Shown: piece by piece, positions 30,355-40,334 of the stretch
Layout: every line of letters starts with the position of its first letter
Numbering within the stretch: the stretch's first letter is position 1
The notes under the pieces: generated by a model
What the model was told of the DNA's origin: nothing
Databases searched by the model: none
What the model saw: only the letters and a program-made list of their open reading frames with translations
Made by a program: the position numbers and the translations under genes
Assembly (NCBI GenBank): GCA_031178305.1
Contig: JAPSJG010000001.1
Location: 7,830-71,829 of the forward strand
DNA: 64,000 nucleotides
Origin: Sinorhizobium sp.
GTDB taxonomy: Bacteria > Pseudomonadota > Alphaproteobacteria > Rhizobiales > Rhizobiaceae
Direction of reading: 5' to 3'

Positions 30355-31605
30355 CTAACTGAAGAACGTCTGGCACACTCCAGAGATCCGGTCATCGTCA
30401 GACAGAACGTAAAACTGCCGCCAGCGGTCGAAGCAGGTACATGGATGAGATATCCCAAACGAGATTACATCGCCGATGCTTAGGCTTGAAGAGGCATCAA
30501 AGCGTAGATAGGCATGTTGGTCGTTAAGTTTGAACACGGACATCAACGAGGGATCGTGTTCAGGATCTCGGAGCCCGTCACGGAAAACCGCAAGCGGAAC
30601 TGGCATGCCTTGGTCAAACGAGACGTCCCGCATCCCAAATCCGCAAATTGCAAGGCCGGGCTCCGGAATGGATAGAATCTCAGCCCAGAGCTTTAACGCG
30701 GGCCTAAAGGAATGCTCAGCGGAAACTCTGTCTTTTCCGACAAGCAAGCCGCCTCGCTGGTCCATTGCGGACAGCCCCCGTCGATAAATTCCGTGATCAT
30801 AAAAGAAAATAGCACCACTTCTTAGAAGCAGGAATGAGTTCGCATCCTTCTCCACGACTGGTCGAAGCGCTTCAATCACGCGGTCGAAATAGAGGGAGCC
30901 CCCGGCAGAGATTATAAGGGCGTCTGCAGGCGCTATCCGACGCAGATGCAAAAAAAGGCGGGACACAAGGGCAAGCAACGCATCGATACTCTCGATGCGC
31001 GCCATTTCTGTAAGTCCCTCCACGGAGCCTTCATAAGTGGCAACACCTCGCAGGACCAACATTGGGTCGCGCAGGATTGCTTCGGCTACTAAGTGGGCAG
31101 ACTCAAAGGTACGTGCGCCGCTGCGACCCGCACCCACTTCCACAAGTACCGGTATTGAAGATTCTGCTGTGGCTGCGGCGGCACTGAGCACTACCACCGC
31201 TGCAACTGAGTCCGCGATGCAAACAATTTCGCATTCCGGAAATTCCTTCTGCAATGCCGCGAGTCTTGGAGCATTCCGCAAGCCGCCCAGCCCGTTCGCA
31301 ATCAGGATCCTACTGATACCGTGAGAAAGCATCGCTTCGGCTTGTTGGAGGTTGGCAACAGTAGCCGCCCACGCGCCAGCTTCGATGAGATCAGCAGCAA
31401 TGTCGGCTGACATTGGTGTCTTGGCGTGAGGCGCAATCCTAACACCTGCGGCACGAGCATATTCCAGGAAGAAATCGCGGTTATGGCAGTATGCGGTCTC
31501 GTCTACTGTCAGAGCAGGCAGCAACACCTCGCACGCAGACGGGCGTAATCCAACGACGGACGAAATCGTGTGGTGAAATTGTCCCAGCGGCATTCGGTAC
31601 CTCAT
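30355..31605 (-). CDS. Fold-type III PLP enzyme, DSD1/D-amino-acid dehydratase-aldolase family
   Basis: APHAKTPMS (PLP Lys), VEVG..RSGAR, GVATYEG, SAGGS, LNDQH, SHPCTCFD. Confidence 0.85.
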   Translation of the reverse strand: MRYRMPLGQFHHTISSVVGLRPSACEVLLPALTVDETAYCHNRDFFLEYARAAGVRIAPHAKTPMSADIAADLIEAGAWAATVANLQQAEAMLSHGISRILIANGLGGLRNAPRLAALQKEFPECEIVCIADSVAAVVVLSAAAATAESSIPVLVEVGAGRSGARTFESAHLVAEAILRDPMLVLRGVATYEGSVEGLTEMARIESIDALLALVSRLFLHLRRIAPADALIISAGGSLYFDRVIEALRPVVEKDANSFLLLRSGAIFFYDHGIYRRGLSAMDQRGGLLVGKDRVSAEHSFRPALKLWAEILSIPEPGLAICGFGMRDVSFDQGMPVPLAVFRDGLRDPEHDPSLMSVFKLNDQHAYLRFDASSSLSIGDVISFGISHPCTCFDRWRQFYVLSDDDRISGVCQTFFS

Positions 31606-32471
31606 CCTTCATGACTTGGTGTGGAACGACTCGCGAGTGCGATGACGCCAGCAATGGTGATGAACAGTGACCCTACCAGCATGCCCAAATCGGGGAGTTC
31701 TCCCCAAACGATAAAGCCAGCTACGATTGATAAAGGCACTGCAGCGTAACGAAACGGAGCTATCTCAGCGAGTGTAGCAATGCGCGTTGCCTGCACAAAA
31801 ATCCAAGTACCTGCCGCAGCGAAAATTCCTGCATATGCAAGAAGGATGAAATCCTGAGGGGTCATCGGTAGATAACCCCGAGCAGCAATTATAGGTGCAA
31901 CAAAGACTGGTACCGAGAGCGTCGTTAAGAGGGCCACAAGGCCGGATGGAACATCCGCCGATGTGTGTCGAGTAAACAGATCTCGGGCACTAAGGAGGAG
32001 GGTAGCAGAGCATGCGAGAAACATTGGTAAATTAACGCCGGTGGAGACCGGCCGTGCGAAAATCAATACGCCGGTGAACCCAAGCATCACACTGATTGCA
32101 AGCCTTCCCGTCAGCCGTTCACGGAAGATTAGGGCCCCAGTGCCTGCAGAAATAACGGGTGCTAGCATCATGATGGCCGTTAATGTCGCCAGCGGCATCT
32201 CAGCAAGGGCAAAGACGAAGGCGAGACTTGCAAGCCCATCACAAGCAGATCTGATCATTACTGCCGGCATTAACGCATGCTTCCAGCTGTAATTAGTACC
32301 AGTGAACCGCAAGAGTACGAGAAGCGAGGCGGCGCCGATTACGCCTCGAACCATCATGATCTGAAGGGTATCGAGACTCTCGGTCAGCAGCTTGGTGGCG
32401 ACGTCATTCTGTATGTAGAGAGTCATGGCGAGGACAACGAGCGCCGCGCCTTTAAGGGCTTGGTTTTTCAT
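31602..32471 (-). CDS. DMT/EamA-family transporter
   Basis: Highly hydrophobic with two EamA-like repeats (FRERL, IAPFRY, WGELP). Confidence 0.85.
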   Translation of the reverse strand: MKNQALKGAALVVLAMTLYIQNDVATKLLTESLDTLQIMMVRGVIGAASLLVLLRFTGTNYSWKHALMPAVMIRSACDGLASLAFVFALAEMPLATLTAIMMLAPVISAGTGALIFRERLTGRLAISVMLGFTGVLIFARPVSTGVNLPMFLACSATLLLSARDLFTRHTSADVPSGLVALLTTLSVPVFVAPIIAARGYLPMTPQDFILLAYAGIFAAAGTWIFVQATRIATLAEIAPFRYAAVPLSIVAGFIVWGELPDLGMLVGSLFITIAGVIALASRSTPSHEG

Positions 32472-32474
32472 CGC

Positions 32475-33215
32475 CTACCGCCGGTAGGACCTGTCGATCC
32501 GGTCAAGAAGACGCAAGTGGGCGTCCCATTCTAATGCGAGATCGCCATCGTCGAATGAGACGATGTCTGCCTGCTCGGCCACCCTCGACCTGACCGACAC
32601 GTCAGGCAGTTTTATCTCGCGATTCATCGAAAGCGTCGCGACCTGGATTTCGCAAGCGAGATTGAGATAATACATTAGGTTGAACGCCTCCGCGACACTG
32701 CGTCCAACGGTCAGGAGGCCGTGGTTTCGAAGGACAAGGGCTCGCTTGTTCCCGAGGTCGGCGATAATGCGATCGCGCTCTTCAAGATCAAGCGCAATGC
32801 CCTCGTAGTCGTGATACGCGACATGCGGCTCTAGGCCTAGAGCGATCTGATTCAGAGGAAGAAGCCCTTCCTGCAGGCTGGAAACGGCCATGCCCGCTTT
32901 TGTGTGCGTGTGAATGACGCAGAGTGCATCATGTCGCGCACTGTGGATGGCGCTGTGGATTACGAACCCCGCTCTGTTCACCCGGTAGGGATTGTCTACG
33001 ATCTTGTTTCCGTCGAGATCAATCGTGACCAGCGAAGAGGCACTGATTTCCTCCCAGAGCAAACCGTAAGGATTGATGAGGAAGCGGCTGTCCTGATCCG
33101 GCAGCCGAAGAGTGGCGTGTGTGTAGATAAGATCTGCCATGCGGTAATGGGCTATCAAACGGTAGCACGCCGCGAGTTCGACCCGGTGCTTCCATTCTGC
33201 GCTGTGCAAATGCAT
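32475..33215 (-). CDS. Class II aldolase/adducin family protein
   Basis: RVELAACYR, FLINPYG, GFVIHSAIH, HTHT, LRNHG. Confidence 0.9.
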   Translation of the reverse strand: MHLHSAEWKHRVELAACYRLIAHYRMADLIYTHATLRLPDQDSRFLINPYGLLWEEISASSLVTIDLDGNKIVDNPYRVNRAGFVIHSAIHSARHDALCVIHTHTKAGMAVSSLQEGLLPLNQIALGLEPHVAYHDYEGIALDLEERDRIIADLGNKRALVLRNHGLLTVGRSVAEAFNLMYYLNLACEIQVATLSMNREIKLPDVSVRSRVAEQADIVSFDDGDLALEWDAHLRLLDRIDRSYRR

Positions 33216-33235
33216 TGGTGTGCACTCCTCGTCGT

Positions 33236-34420
33236 TCAGGCGTCGTGATTGAGCAGTTCAAGTAGCCGCTCAGCCGCGGTCGCGAGATCCTCCGTTTCGC
33301 GGGCAAAGCAAAGCCGAAAGTAGCCTTCGCCGGCCATGCCAAACGCCCGCCCTGGTGCCAGCCCAACGCCAGTTTCCCGCAACAATCTTCCGGCGAATGC
33401 CGTCGAATCAGCGACCCCGTCGATGCCGAAAAACAAGTAAAAGGCGCCGGCAGGCGCAAAGTGTATGCGGGAAGAGGTTGCGAGAACCGAGGAGACTCTT
33501 TCAAGCCCTCTGCGGCACCGCTCCAGCTGCGCCGCCAGAAATGCCTCGCCATCGTTTAGCGCCGTACAGGCAGCGCGCTGCATGAACACTGCGACGCCCG
33601 AAGTCGAATACTGGATCAGATTTTCAATGGCTGGCCCGAGCGCTACCGGCGCTTCGATCCAACCAATCCTCCAGCCGGTCATCGCCCAATTTTTTGAGAA
33701 GGTGTTAACGAAAAGAACGCGGTCTTCTCCCGTGATAAGTGAATGGAGCGACGGTGCGGCCAAGGCCTTGGAATAGGTAAAACGGCCATAAACCTCGTCC
33801 GCGATTATCCAGAGGCCATGCTTCCGAGAAAGATCCAGTATAGCCTGCAGAAGTAAAGGACCAGCGGTCCAACCAGTCGGGTTTGAAGGCGAATTCAAGA
33901 AAATCGCGCGGGTTTTGGGTGAGATCGAGGCCTCGAGCAAAGCGAGGTCCAGAATCCAACCGGTTGGGTCGAACTGCATGGCGACCTCACGGACGTGGGC
34001 GCCGGCTACTCCGACAGCTGCGGAGAAGTTCGGCCACGCAGGGGTGGGCACCAAGATCTCGTCGCCTACCCCTGCCACGACCCGAACCGCAAGTTGGATT
34101 GCCTGCATTCCAGAGCCCGTGACAAAGAAACGGCCGGGTTCAAATTGCTTTCCGAAGAGCCCGTGATAGACACGATCATGATATTGGGCGAGCGCGCGGC
34201 GAAGCTCAGGGATACCCGGCTGCGGCATGTAAAACGTTTCGCCCCGCTCAAGTGCCGCGGCCGCCGCGTGACAGATGACGGCGGGCGTCGGCAGATCGCC
34301 CTCTCCGACCCAAAGAGGAATGATGTCGGAGCGTCCAAAACCGTGCTTCATGACCGCAGCGATGCCGCTCGCTGGTGCCGCAACGGCTTGTGGGCTGATG
34401 GACAATGGGGGGCTGATCAT
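33236..34420 (-). CDS. PLP-dependent aminotransferase class I/II
   Basis: LWVGEGD, NSPSNPTG, DEVY, TFSKNWAMTGWRIG. Confidence 0.92.
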   Translation of the reverse strand: MISPPLSISPQAVAAPASGIAAVMKHGFGRSDIIPLWVGEGDLPTPAVICHAAAAALERGETFYMPQPGIPELRRALAQYHDRVYHGLFGKQFEPGRFFVTGSGMQAIQLAVRVVAGVGDEILVPTPAWPNFSAAVGVAGAHVREVAMQFDPTGWILDLALLEASISPKTRAIFLNSPSNPTGWTAGPLLLQAILDLSRKHGLWIIADEVYGRFTYSKALAAPSLHSLITGEDRVLFVNTFSKNWAMTGWRIGWIEAPVALGPAIENLIQYSTSGVAVFMQRAACTALNDGEAFLAAQLERCRRGLERVSSVLATSSRIHFAPAGAFYLFFGIDGVADSTAFAGRLLRETGVGLAPGRAFGMAGEGYFRLCFARETEDLATAAERLLELLNHDA

Positions 34421-34514
34421 TATTAGCTCCGGATCGCAGAAAAACGGGCCAACGACCAGGCAGAGACGGTCCGTCGGCCCGCAAAGCGCGCCTTGAAAAG
34501 GCGTCGGGGAAGAC

Positions 34515-34970
34515 TTACTGGTGATCGTAAGGATTGCCGCGCGTCACGAAGGGAACAATACTAATTTGTCCGCTTTCATCGGACCGGTAACCGCGTACGC
34601 CAGCATAGGAAATCTTGTTGGCGTCCAGGAGATTCTTCGCTGCCTCTTCTTGGCCTTCGGGTACGTAAAGGAAGAAAATGCGCGTTTCGTATTCTGGTAG
34701 AGGATCGCCTGCTTCAGAAGCTGCCTTCCACAGTGGCACCTTGGCCGGATCAAGAGCCTCCTCGACGTCGCCGATCTCGCGGGTCTTGCCATCGGAGTCG
34801 ATGACGACAATATCGGGGTAGTAATCTCCCGAAGGACCGGGAACCGCCCGCTTCTTCTCCGGAGCGTTGGTCAATGTCGTATAGTTTGCCGGCCAGGTCG
34901 TCTGGCCTGGAAATGGAAAGCGGTTGGCCGCAACGAAGGCGACAACCTCATCATGTGAGGGTATTGGCAT
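34515..34970 (-). CDS. Small hypothetical protein (151 aa)
   Basis: AAGGAG RBS before ATG 34970; globular-looking composition; 43 bp downstream of the amidohydrolase on the same strand. Confidence 0.7.
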   Translation of the reverse strand: MPIPSHDEVVAFVAANRFPFPGQTTWPANYTTLTNAPEKKRAVPGPSGDYYPDIVVIDSDGKTREIGDVEEALDPAKVPLWKAASEAGDPLPEYETRIFFLYVPEGQEEAAKNLLDANKISYAGVRGYRSDESGQISIVPFVTRGNPYDHQ

Positions 34971-35013
34971 CTTGTTCTCCTTGTAGGCTTGTTGAATTTG
35001 CCGGATGACCTTC

Positions 35014-36600
35014 TCAACGTACGGACCATTCCGGACCGCGGGGCGTGTCGATCCATTCCGGCCAGCGATAGTCCACTGGCGCTTGGAAGTCCGAAGGAAG
35101 CTGGGGCGGCACCCACCGCGAACCGCCGACACCGCCGCCGGTTCTTTCGCGAAATTCCTGCTGGGCGCGCTCGAGGGCTGCCCGATCGGTCATCATGTCG
35201 AGGATCGTAGTGGAGATGACGTCCGCCGCCTTGCTCCACATCGGGTCGATGCAGGCCGGATGGCCATTCATGGCGTGCCGCAGCCACTCGCCGTAGCGCT
35301 TGCCAGCTGGATCCGGCTTGAGCGTGGGACGGGCGACATAAAGGCGGACCGTGGGCGCATGCCACGTATACTCAACATAGTCGTCCGCGGCGTAATTGAG
35401 CTGCCATGGGGGCAGCTGCTGGCGGAAGGCGGCTTCGGCCTCCTGCGGCGGGGTCAGCCGCATCATGTTGTCGATGAACGGCTCGTTCATTGGCTCGATG
35501 CCGTGATTGCGCTGTCCCTCGCGGGCGAACTGCTTGGCCGCATCGCTCCATACGGGCGCGCCGAGCTTTTCGAAATTGCGGAACGTCAGTTCGGCAAGCG
35601 CATGATTGGGTAGGCCCGCGCGGGTCTTGGTAATCCAGTCCGCACGCCACGTGCAATGGGTCATCGCAGCGATGTGCTCGGCGTTGCGATCGAGCACGGA
35701 GAAGACGGTCTCGCACATTTCCAGCGTCGGAGCGCGCATGGAGTACTGTATCTGCGAATAGGCGGGCGCGAGGTTGTCGGCCGCCGCCTGCCCCGCGACG
35801 GGAATGAATTCATTGAGGGTCCAAGTACCGGTGTGCGGCAGCATGGATTCCTTCATCATCTTCGAATTCGTGTACATGAGGCACACGGCGTCGATGGCAC
35901 CCGGCGCGCGCGCGCTCGCATGGGCATGCGCTACGCCACCGCCGCGACTCTGGTCGAGCCAGGTCTCCGGATGGTCGCATTCGAACGTGTAGATCCGGCT
36001 CCAGTATGGCGCGCTGGTCGTATCCCAGAAGCAGCCGTTGGTGAGCGCGTTGAAGGAATGCGGATGAAAACTGATCGCGGCATCCAGCCCGTCGTAGTAG
36101 CCGTGGGCGGCGTGGACCGGCTTCGAACCGCACATCTTTTCGGCCGGCTCACCGAAAAAGCGCAGGGTGCCGGTGATGCCATGCGCTTCCATGGCCTTCT
36201 TGGCAGCCAGAAAGCCCGCGAAGGCTCCCAGACCGAGGGCGGAATGGGGATCGGTGTGACCGGCGGCATGTTTCGTCGTCCCCGGTCGTGGCGCGCGGTG
36301 AGGCGCGGCGACCTGGGACTGGCCGGGCACCGCATCGTATTCGGCATAGCCGCCGATGACCGGCCCGTCGCCGTTCGACCAGGTTGCACAGAAGGCCGTC
36401 GGCATGCCCGCAGACCCCTGCTCGACTTCGAACCCCTCCTCGCGGAGTCGGTCAATGTACCACTTTGAGGAACGATACTCGCGCCAGGAAGGCTCGTGGA
36501 ATGACCAGATCGTCTGATGCCAGGCCGAAAGAAGCGAGCGATTTTCATCGAGCCAGTTCAGCGCGTGGTTTTGAGCGGCGGAAAAGTTGCTTCTGGTCAT
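35014..36600 (-). CDS. M20-family amidohydrolase, AbgB-like
   Basis: HEPSWREY, GMPTAF, AEYDAVPG, GHTDPH, GEPAEK, SFHP; start at ATG 36600 with GGAG RBS. Confidence 0.82.
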   Translation of the reverse strand: MTRSNFSAAQNHALNWLDENRSLLSAWHQTIWSFHEPSWREYRSSKWYIDRLREEGFEVEQGSAGMPTAFCATWSNGDGPVIGGYAEYDAVPGQSQVAAPHRAPRPGTTKHAAGHTDPHSALGLGAFAGFLAAKKAMEAHGITGTLRFFGEPAEKMCGSKPVHAAHGYYDGLDAAISFHPHSFNALTNGCFWDTTSAPYWSRIYTFECDHPETWLDQSRGGGVAHAHASARAPGAIDAVCLMYTNSKMMKESMLPHTGTWTLNEFIPVAGQAAADNLAPAYSQIQYSMRAPTLEMCETVFSVLDRNAEHIAAMTHCTWRADWITKTRAGLPNHALAELTFRNFEKLGAPVWSDAAKQFAREGQRNHGIEPMNEPFIDNMMRLTPPQEAEAAFRQQLPPWQLNYAADDYVEYTWHAPTVRLYVARPTLKPDPAGKRYGEWLRHAMNGHPACIDPMWSKAADVISTTILDMMTDRAALERAQQEFRERTGGGVGGSRWVPPQLPSDFQAPVDYRWPEWIDTPRGPEWSVR

Positions 36601-36649
36601 AGGCGCTCCCGGTTCCATCTCCAAGGCACAGCTATCCGCTGCCGCCCTC

Positions 36650-36670
36650 AGAGAGAGAGAGAGAGAGAGA
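36650..36670. repeat. Dinucleotide microsatellite A(GA)10
   Basis: Perfect 21-nt AG run about 50 bp upstream of the amidohydrolase start. Confidence 0.95.
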
Positions 36671-36803
36671 CGGCCGCTACGCATCGAGGCGGGTCAGAAA
36701 GTTTCAGGTTGGCCCGGCGGATATGCCGTGCAGGCCGAGAGCTATGCATAGGGGATACGGGCAGGCGGTGCAAGCACAATTATGGAGTGGACTCCAAATT
36801 TGT

Positions 36804-37430
36804 TTACGCAGGGTCGTCGACCACCCCGCGAAGCACCATTTCCAGGTGCGGGATCCCCCACTCGCGCATAGCTTCCGGAGTCATCGCGCTTGAGGTGACA
36901 AGCCGTGCGAGCGCAGCGCTGCCGATTCCAAGAAGCAGGTCGCACAGAACCGAAAGGTCGACGTCCGCCTTTATGCGACCGCTCTGCTGGTAAGCGGAGA
37001 GCATGCGCATATATTGGCGCCGCAGCAGGAGGTCGAGGCGCTTTCCGGTCCTGTGGGCGACGCCCCCGGTATCCAGGAACTGCGCCGACATGACGACCCT
37101 CCAGCATTCGCGGGTGAGGTGGCGGACAGCTTGGTCCGCCAGGAGCCGCTCGAAGGTTAGAATACCCTTTACCGGATCGTCCGGCAGGTTCTCCAAGAAC
37201 TTGCGGCGCTCCGGTAGTGCTGCCCGCACGTGGCGTAGCGCTATTTCCATCAGCAAGTTTGGCTTGTTCTTGAAGTAGTTGTAGACCGACGCAGGCGCCA
37301 CGGAAGCCAACTCGGCGATTTCCTCGATCTTCGTGATCTCATAGCCTTGCTCTCGAAACAGGGCATCAGCCGCGTCGAGCACTTGCTCTACGCGCTTGTT
37401 CCGATGCTTCTCTCTCAAACCTCCGGTCAT
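36804..37430 (-). CDS. TetR/AcrR-family regulator
   Basis: GLREKH..VLDAADALFREQGYEITKIEEIAELASVAPASVYNYFKNK. Confidence 0.92.
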   Translation of the reverse strand: MTGGLREKHRNKRVEQVLDAADALFREQGYEITKIEEIAELASVAPASVYNYFKNKPNLLMEIALRHVRAALPERRKFLENLPDDPVKGILTFERLLADQAVRHLTRECWRVVMSAQFLDTGGVAHRTGKRLDLLLRRQYMRMLSAYQQSGRIKADVDLSVLCDLLLGIGSAALARLVTSSAMTPEAMREWGIPHLEMVLRGVVDDPA

Positions 37431-37481
37431 TGCCTATCCTTCCACGCGGCGATCCATGGAGATCGCCAAAATTAACTTGGT

Positions 37482-37501
37482 CTCTATTTTTAGAGTTGAC
37501 A
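37482..37501. promoter_or_regulatory. Palindrome CTCTA-TTTT-TAGAG abutting -35 TTGACA (candidate TetR operator)
   Basis: In the tetR/deacetylase divergent region; same motif recurs at 59068-59088. Confidence 0.65.
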
Positions 37502-37646
37502 CTAAGTTTGTAGTCATGGAACATGTCAATATATCGAGTGCGGTTCAAGTGGGAAGCGCTCCCAATCGACAAAATAATGACAACAGCAGGCCTTTCCGCC
37601 GGGATAGGCCGCCGGTCCTGCGCGGCCGCAAGTAGGAGAATGCCTT

Positions 37647-38561
37647 TTGCTAAAGCTGATAGACAACCCGCCGCAATGGCCGAACGGCGCACGCTGCGCT
37701 GTTTGCTTCGCATTTGACCTCGACGCGGAAAGCCTGCTGCACCTCTACTACCCCGAAGATTCCATGCGGCGCATCACGCTCTCCTCGGCCTTGCGGTATG
37801 GTCCGAGGATCGCGGTGCCAAGGCTCATCCGGATCTGGGAACATTACGGCATCAAGCAGACCGTTTACGTTCCCGGCTGGTGCGTCGAGACCTATCCGGA
37901 AGCCGTGGAGCAGTTGGCTGCGGCCGGCCATGAAATCGGCCACCACGGCTGGCTGCACGAGCGAGTGAATGCTCTTGACGCTGGCGACGAGGCGAAGGTC
38001 CTGAAAGCCGGGATCCAGGCGATCAAACGGATCACCGGCAAGAGGCCGGCCGGTTACCGCTGCCCCTCGGGTGCGTTCTCGCCCGCCACGCTCGACCTCC
38101 TGATCGACGAGGGCTTCGCCTATGACGCGTCCCTTTCCGGAGACGACGTTCCCTATATGATACGCAGCGAAAAAGGCGCGCTCCTGGAGCTGCCCTCCGA
38201 CCACGCGCTGGATGACTGGCCTCAGTATGTGAACATGCGCGATTTCAACCACATGCTGCCGATCCAGTCGCCGGAGCAGGCGATGCAGGTCTTCCGTTCT
38301 GAATTTGATGCCGCCTGGGCAAACGGTGGCCTGTGGTCCTCCGTATGGCATCCGTTCGTATCCGGACGGCCGGCCCGCGCGCAGGCCATGGCGGACCTCA
38401 TCGAATACATGCAGGCGAAGGGAGACGTCTGGTTCGCCACGATGGAGGAGATAGCCGCCCATATACAGACCCTCGTCGATAGCGGCGAATGGACGCCGCG
38501 AGAGGAGAAATTGCCCTTCTGGCAGCAACCGGTGCCGCAGATGGTTCGCCCGGTGCGCTAG
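37647..38561 (+). CDS. Polysaccharide deacetylase (CE4), PgdA/PuuE-like, probable cyclic amide hydrolase
   Basis: QWPNGARCAV, FDLDAE, GHHGWLH, GYRCP, DDWP, WHPFVSGR; TTG start with AGGAG RBS; no signal peptide. Confidence 0.85.
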   Translation: MLKLIDNPPQWPNGARCAVCFAFDLDAESLLHLYYPEDSMRRITLSSALRYGPRIAVPRLIRIWEHYGIKQTVYVPGWCVETYPEAVEQLAAAGHEIGHHGWLHERVNALDAGDEAKVLKAGIQAIKRITGKRPAGYRCPSGAFSPATLDLLIDEGFAYDASLSGDDVPYMIRSEKGALLELPSDHALDDWPQYVNMRDFNHMLPIQSPEQAMQVFRSEFDAAWANGGLWSSVWHPFVSGRPARAQAMADLIEYMQAKGDVWFATMEEIAAHIQTLVDSGEWTPREEKLPFWQQPVPQMVRPVR

Positions 38562-38607
38562 CGGACAAGCGTTCGAAAAACAATCAAACCAACATAAAGA
38601 GGGAACA

Positions 38608-39444
38608 ATGCGTAAAATCGGAATTCTGGTAACCGCGGCCCTCGCCGCCATGCTCATTACCGGCGGCGCCTCCGCCCAATCCCTGCCGCAGGACATCAAG
38701 GACTCCGGTAAGCTGATGGTCGGCACCGAACGCGACCATCCGCCCATGGAGTTCATCGATGCGAAGACGAACGAACTTGTCGGCTTCGACGTCGACCTCA
38801 TCCGAGCGATCGCCGGCAAGCTCGGGCTGCAGGTCGAGTTCGTCCATTCCCGCTTCGAAGGATTGACGCCCAACCTGCAATCGCGCCGCATCAACCTGAT
38901 CATCAGCGGGATGTACGACACGCCGAAACGGCGCGAGAGCTTCGACTTCATAGACTACCTGAGCGCCGGCACGACCTTCTACACGCTGGACAAGAACACC
39001 GAGATCCAGGAGCCGAAGGACTTCTGCGGCAAGGTCGTCACCACGAACCGCGGCACGACGTACCCGGACTCCGTCAAGAAATGGAGCGACGAGAACTGCG
39101 TCGCGGCCGGCCTTCCAGCGATCGATGTCATCACCGACACGGACATGGCTTCGGAGTTCCTCTATCTCAACCAAGGCCGGGCGATAGGTTCCGTGCAGGG
39201 CACCGAGGCGATCCCGACCGTGCTTGCAAGCGAGGACGGTCCCTTCCGTGTGGTGGGGAAGCCCTTCACCAACGTGCGCATCGGCATCGGTTTCAACAAG
39301 GAAGACACCGAACTGCGTGATACAATCTTCCAGACGCTTGAGGAGTTGTTCAAGTCCGGGGAATACCTCAAAATCGTGAAGAAGTGGGGCCTTGAAGCCA
39401 GTGCGCTCGATGCGCCCACCATCAACGCAGGCGACGCACCATGA
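38608..39444 (+). CDS. Polar amino-acid ABC substrate-binding protein
   Basis: Signal peptide, PPMEF, GFDVDL, SGMYDTPKRRESFDFIDY. Confidence 0.9.
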   Translation: MRKIGILVTAALAAMLITGGASAQSLPQDIKDSGKLMVGTERDHPPMEFIDAKTNELVGFDVDLIRAIAGKLGLQVEFVHSRFEGLTPNLQSRRINLIISGMYDTPKRRESFDFIDYLSAGTTFYTLDKNTEIQEPKDFCGKVVTTNRGTTYPDSVKKWSDENCVAAGLPAIDVITDTDMASEFLYLNQGRAIGSVQGTEAIPTVLASEDGPFRVVGKPFTNVRIGIGFNKEDTELRDTIFQTLEELFKSGEYLKIVKKWGLEASALDAPTINAGDAP

Positions 39445-40334
39445 TGCTATCGCTCGGGCTTGAAGGCAGTATGAACGACCAGCGAAAGCCGGATATGGAC
39501 CTCATCGATATATCGAAACTCAAGCATGCGCGCCCGCTTCACATCGGGCGCCTTGCAGCAGCCGCGCTCTTGCTGGCGGCGGTTGCCTACATCGCCTACG
39601 CCTTTGCGGTAGGTACCATCGACTGGTCGGTGGTCGGCGAGTACATGTTTAGCGAACGCATTATGAGAGGCGCCCTCACCACCGTCGTCATCTCCGTGAT
39701 CGCCATGGCGATCGGCATTGTGATCGGCATTCTCACCGCCATCGCCCGCTCGTCGCGCAACATAGTCCTGTCCTCCGCCGCCATGTTCTATGCATGGCTG
39801 TTCCGCGGCGCTCCGATGATCCTGCAGCTGCTCATCTGGTACAATCTGGCCCTCGTCTTTCCGACCATCGGCATTCCGGGCGTGTGGGAGGCGAAGACGG
39901 TTGTGGTGATGACGCCACTTGCCGCGACGCTCATCGCGCTGAGCCTCAATCAGGGCGCCTATACATCCGAGATCATCCGTTCTGGCATGCTGGCCGTTGA
40001 TATCGGCCAGTACGAGGCGGCCAAGTCGATCGGCATGACCTATCCCGACACCTTGCGGCGCATCATCCTGCCGCAGGCCATGCGGGTGGTCGTGCCCCCT
40101 CTCGGTAACGAATTCATAGGCCTGCTGAAGGTGACGGCGCTCGCCAGCATCATCGGCTTCGGGGAGCTGCTCGGAACGGCCCAGGACATCTATTATAGCA
40201 ACGCCAAGATCATGGAGATGCTGTTCGTCGCCACGATCTGGTATTTGGTGATAGTCTCCGTCCTATCAATCGTGCAGATGTGGATCGAAAAGCGTTTTGC
40301 GCGCGGCTTCGCAAATGGCGGGAGGCACGGATGA
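39441..40334 (+). CDS. Polar amino-acid ABC permease (start may be 39471 or later)
   Basis: WLFRGAP, AYTSEIIRSG, PQAMRVVVPPLGNE. Confidence 0.9.
   Translation: MMLSLGLEGSMNDQRKPDMDLIDISKLKHARPLHIGRLAAAALLLAAVAYIAYAFAVGTIDWSVVGEYMFSERIMRGALTTVVISVIAMAIGIVIGILTAIARSSRNIVLSSAAMFYAWLFRGAPMILQLLIWYNLALVFPTIGIPGVWEAKTVVVMTPLAATLIALSLNQGAYTSEIIRSGMLAVDIGQYEAAKSIGMTYPDTLRRIILPQAMRVVVPPLGNEFIGLLKVTALASIIGFGELLGTAQDIYYSNAKIMEMLFVATIWYLVIVSVLSIVQMWIEKRFARGFANGGRHG

Noticed and set aside
30059-30376. 105-aa - strand ORF between the DSD1-like and ROK genes
   Set aside because: Arg/Ser/Pro-rich with no motif; likely non-coding
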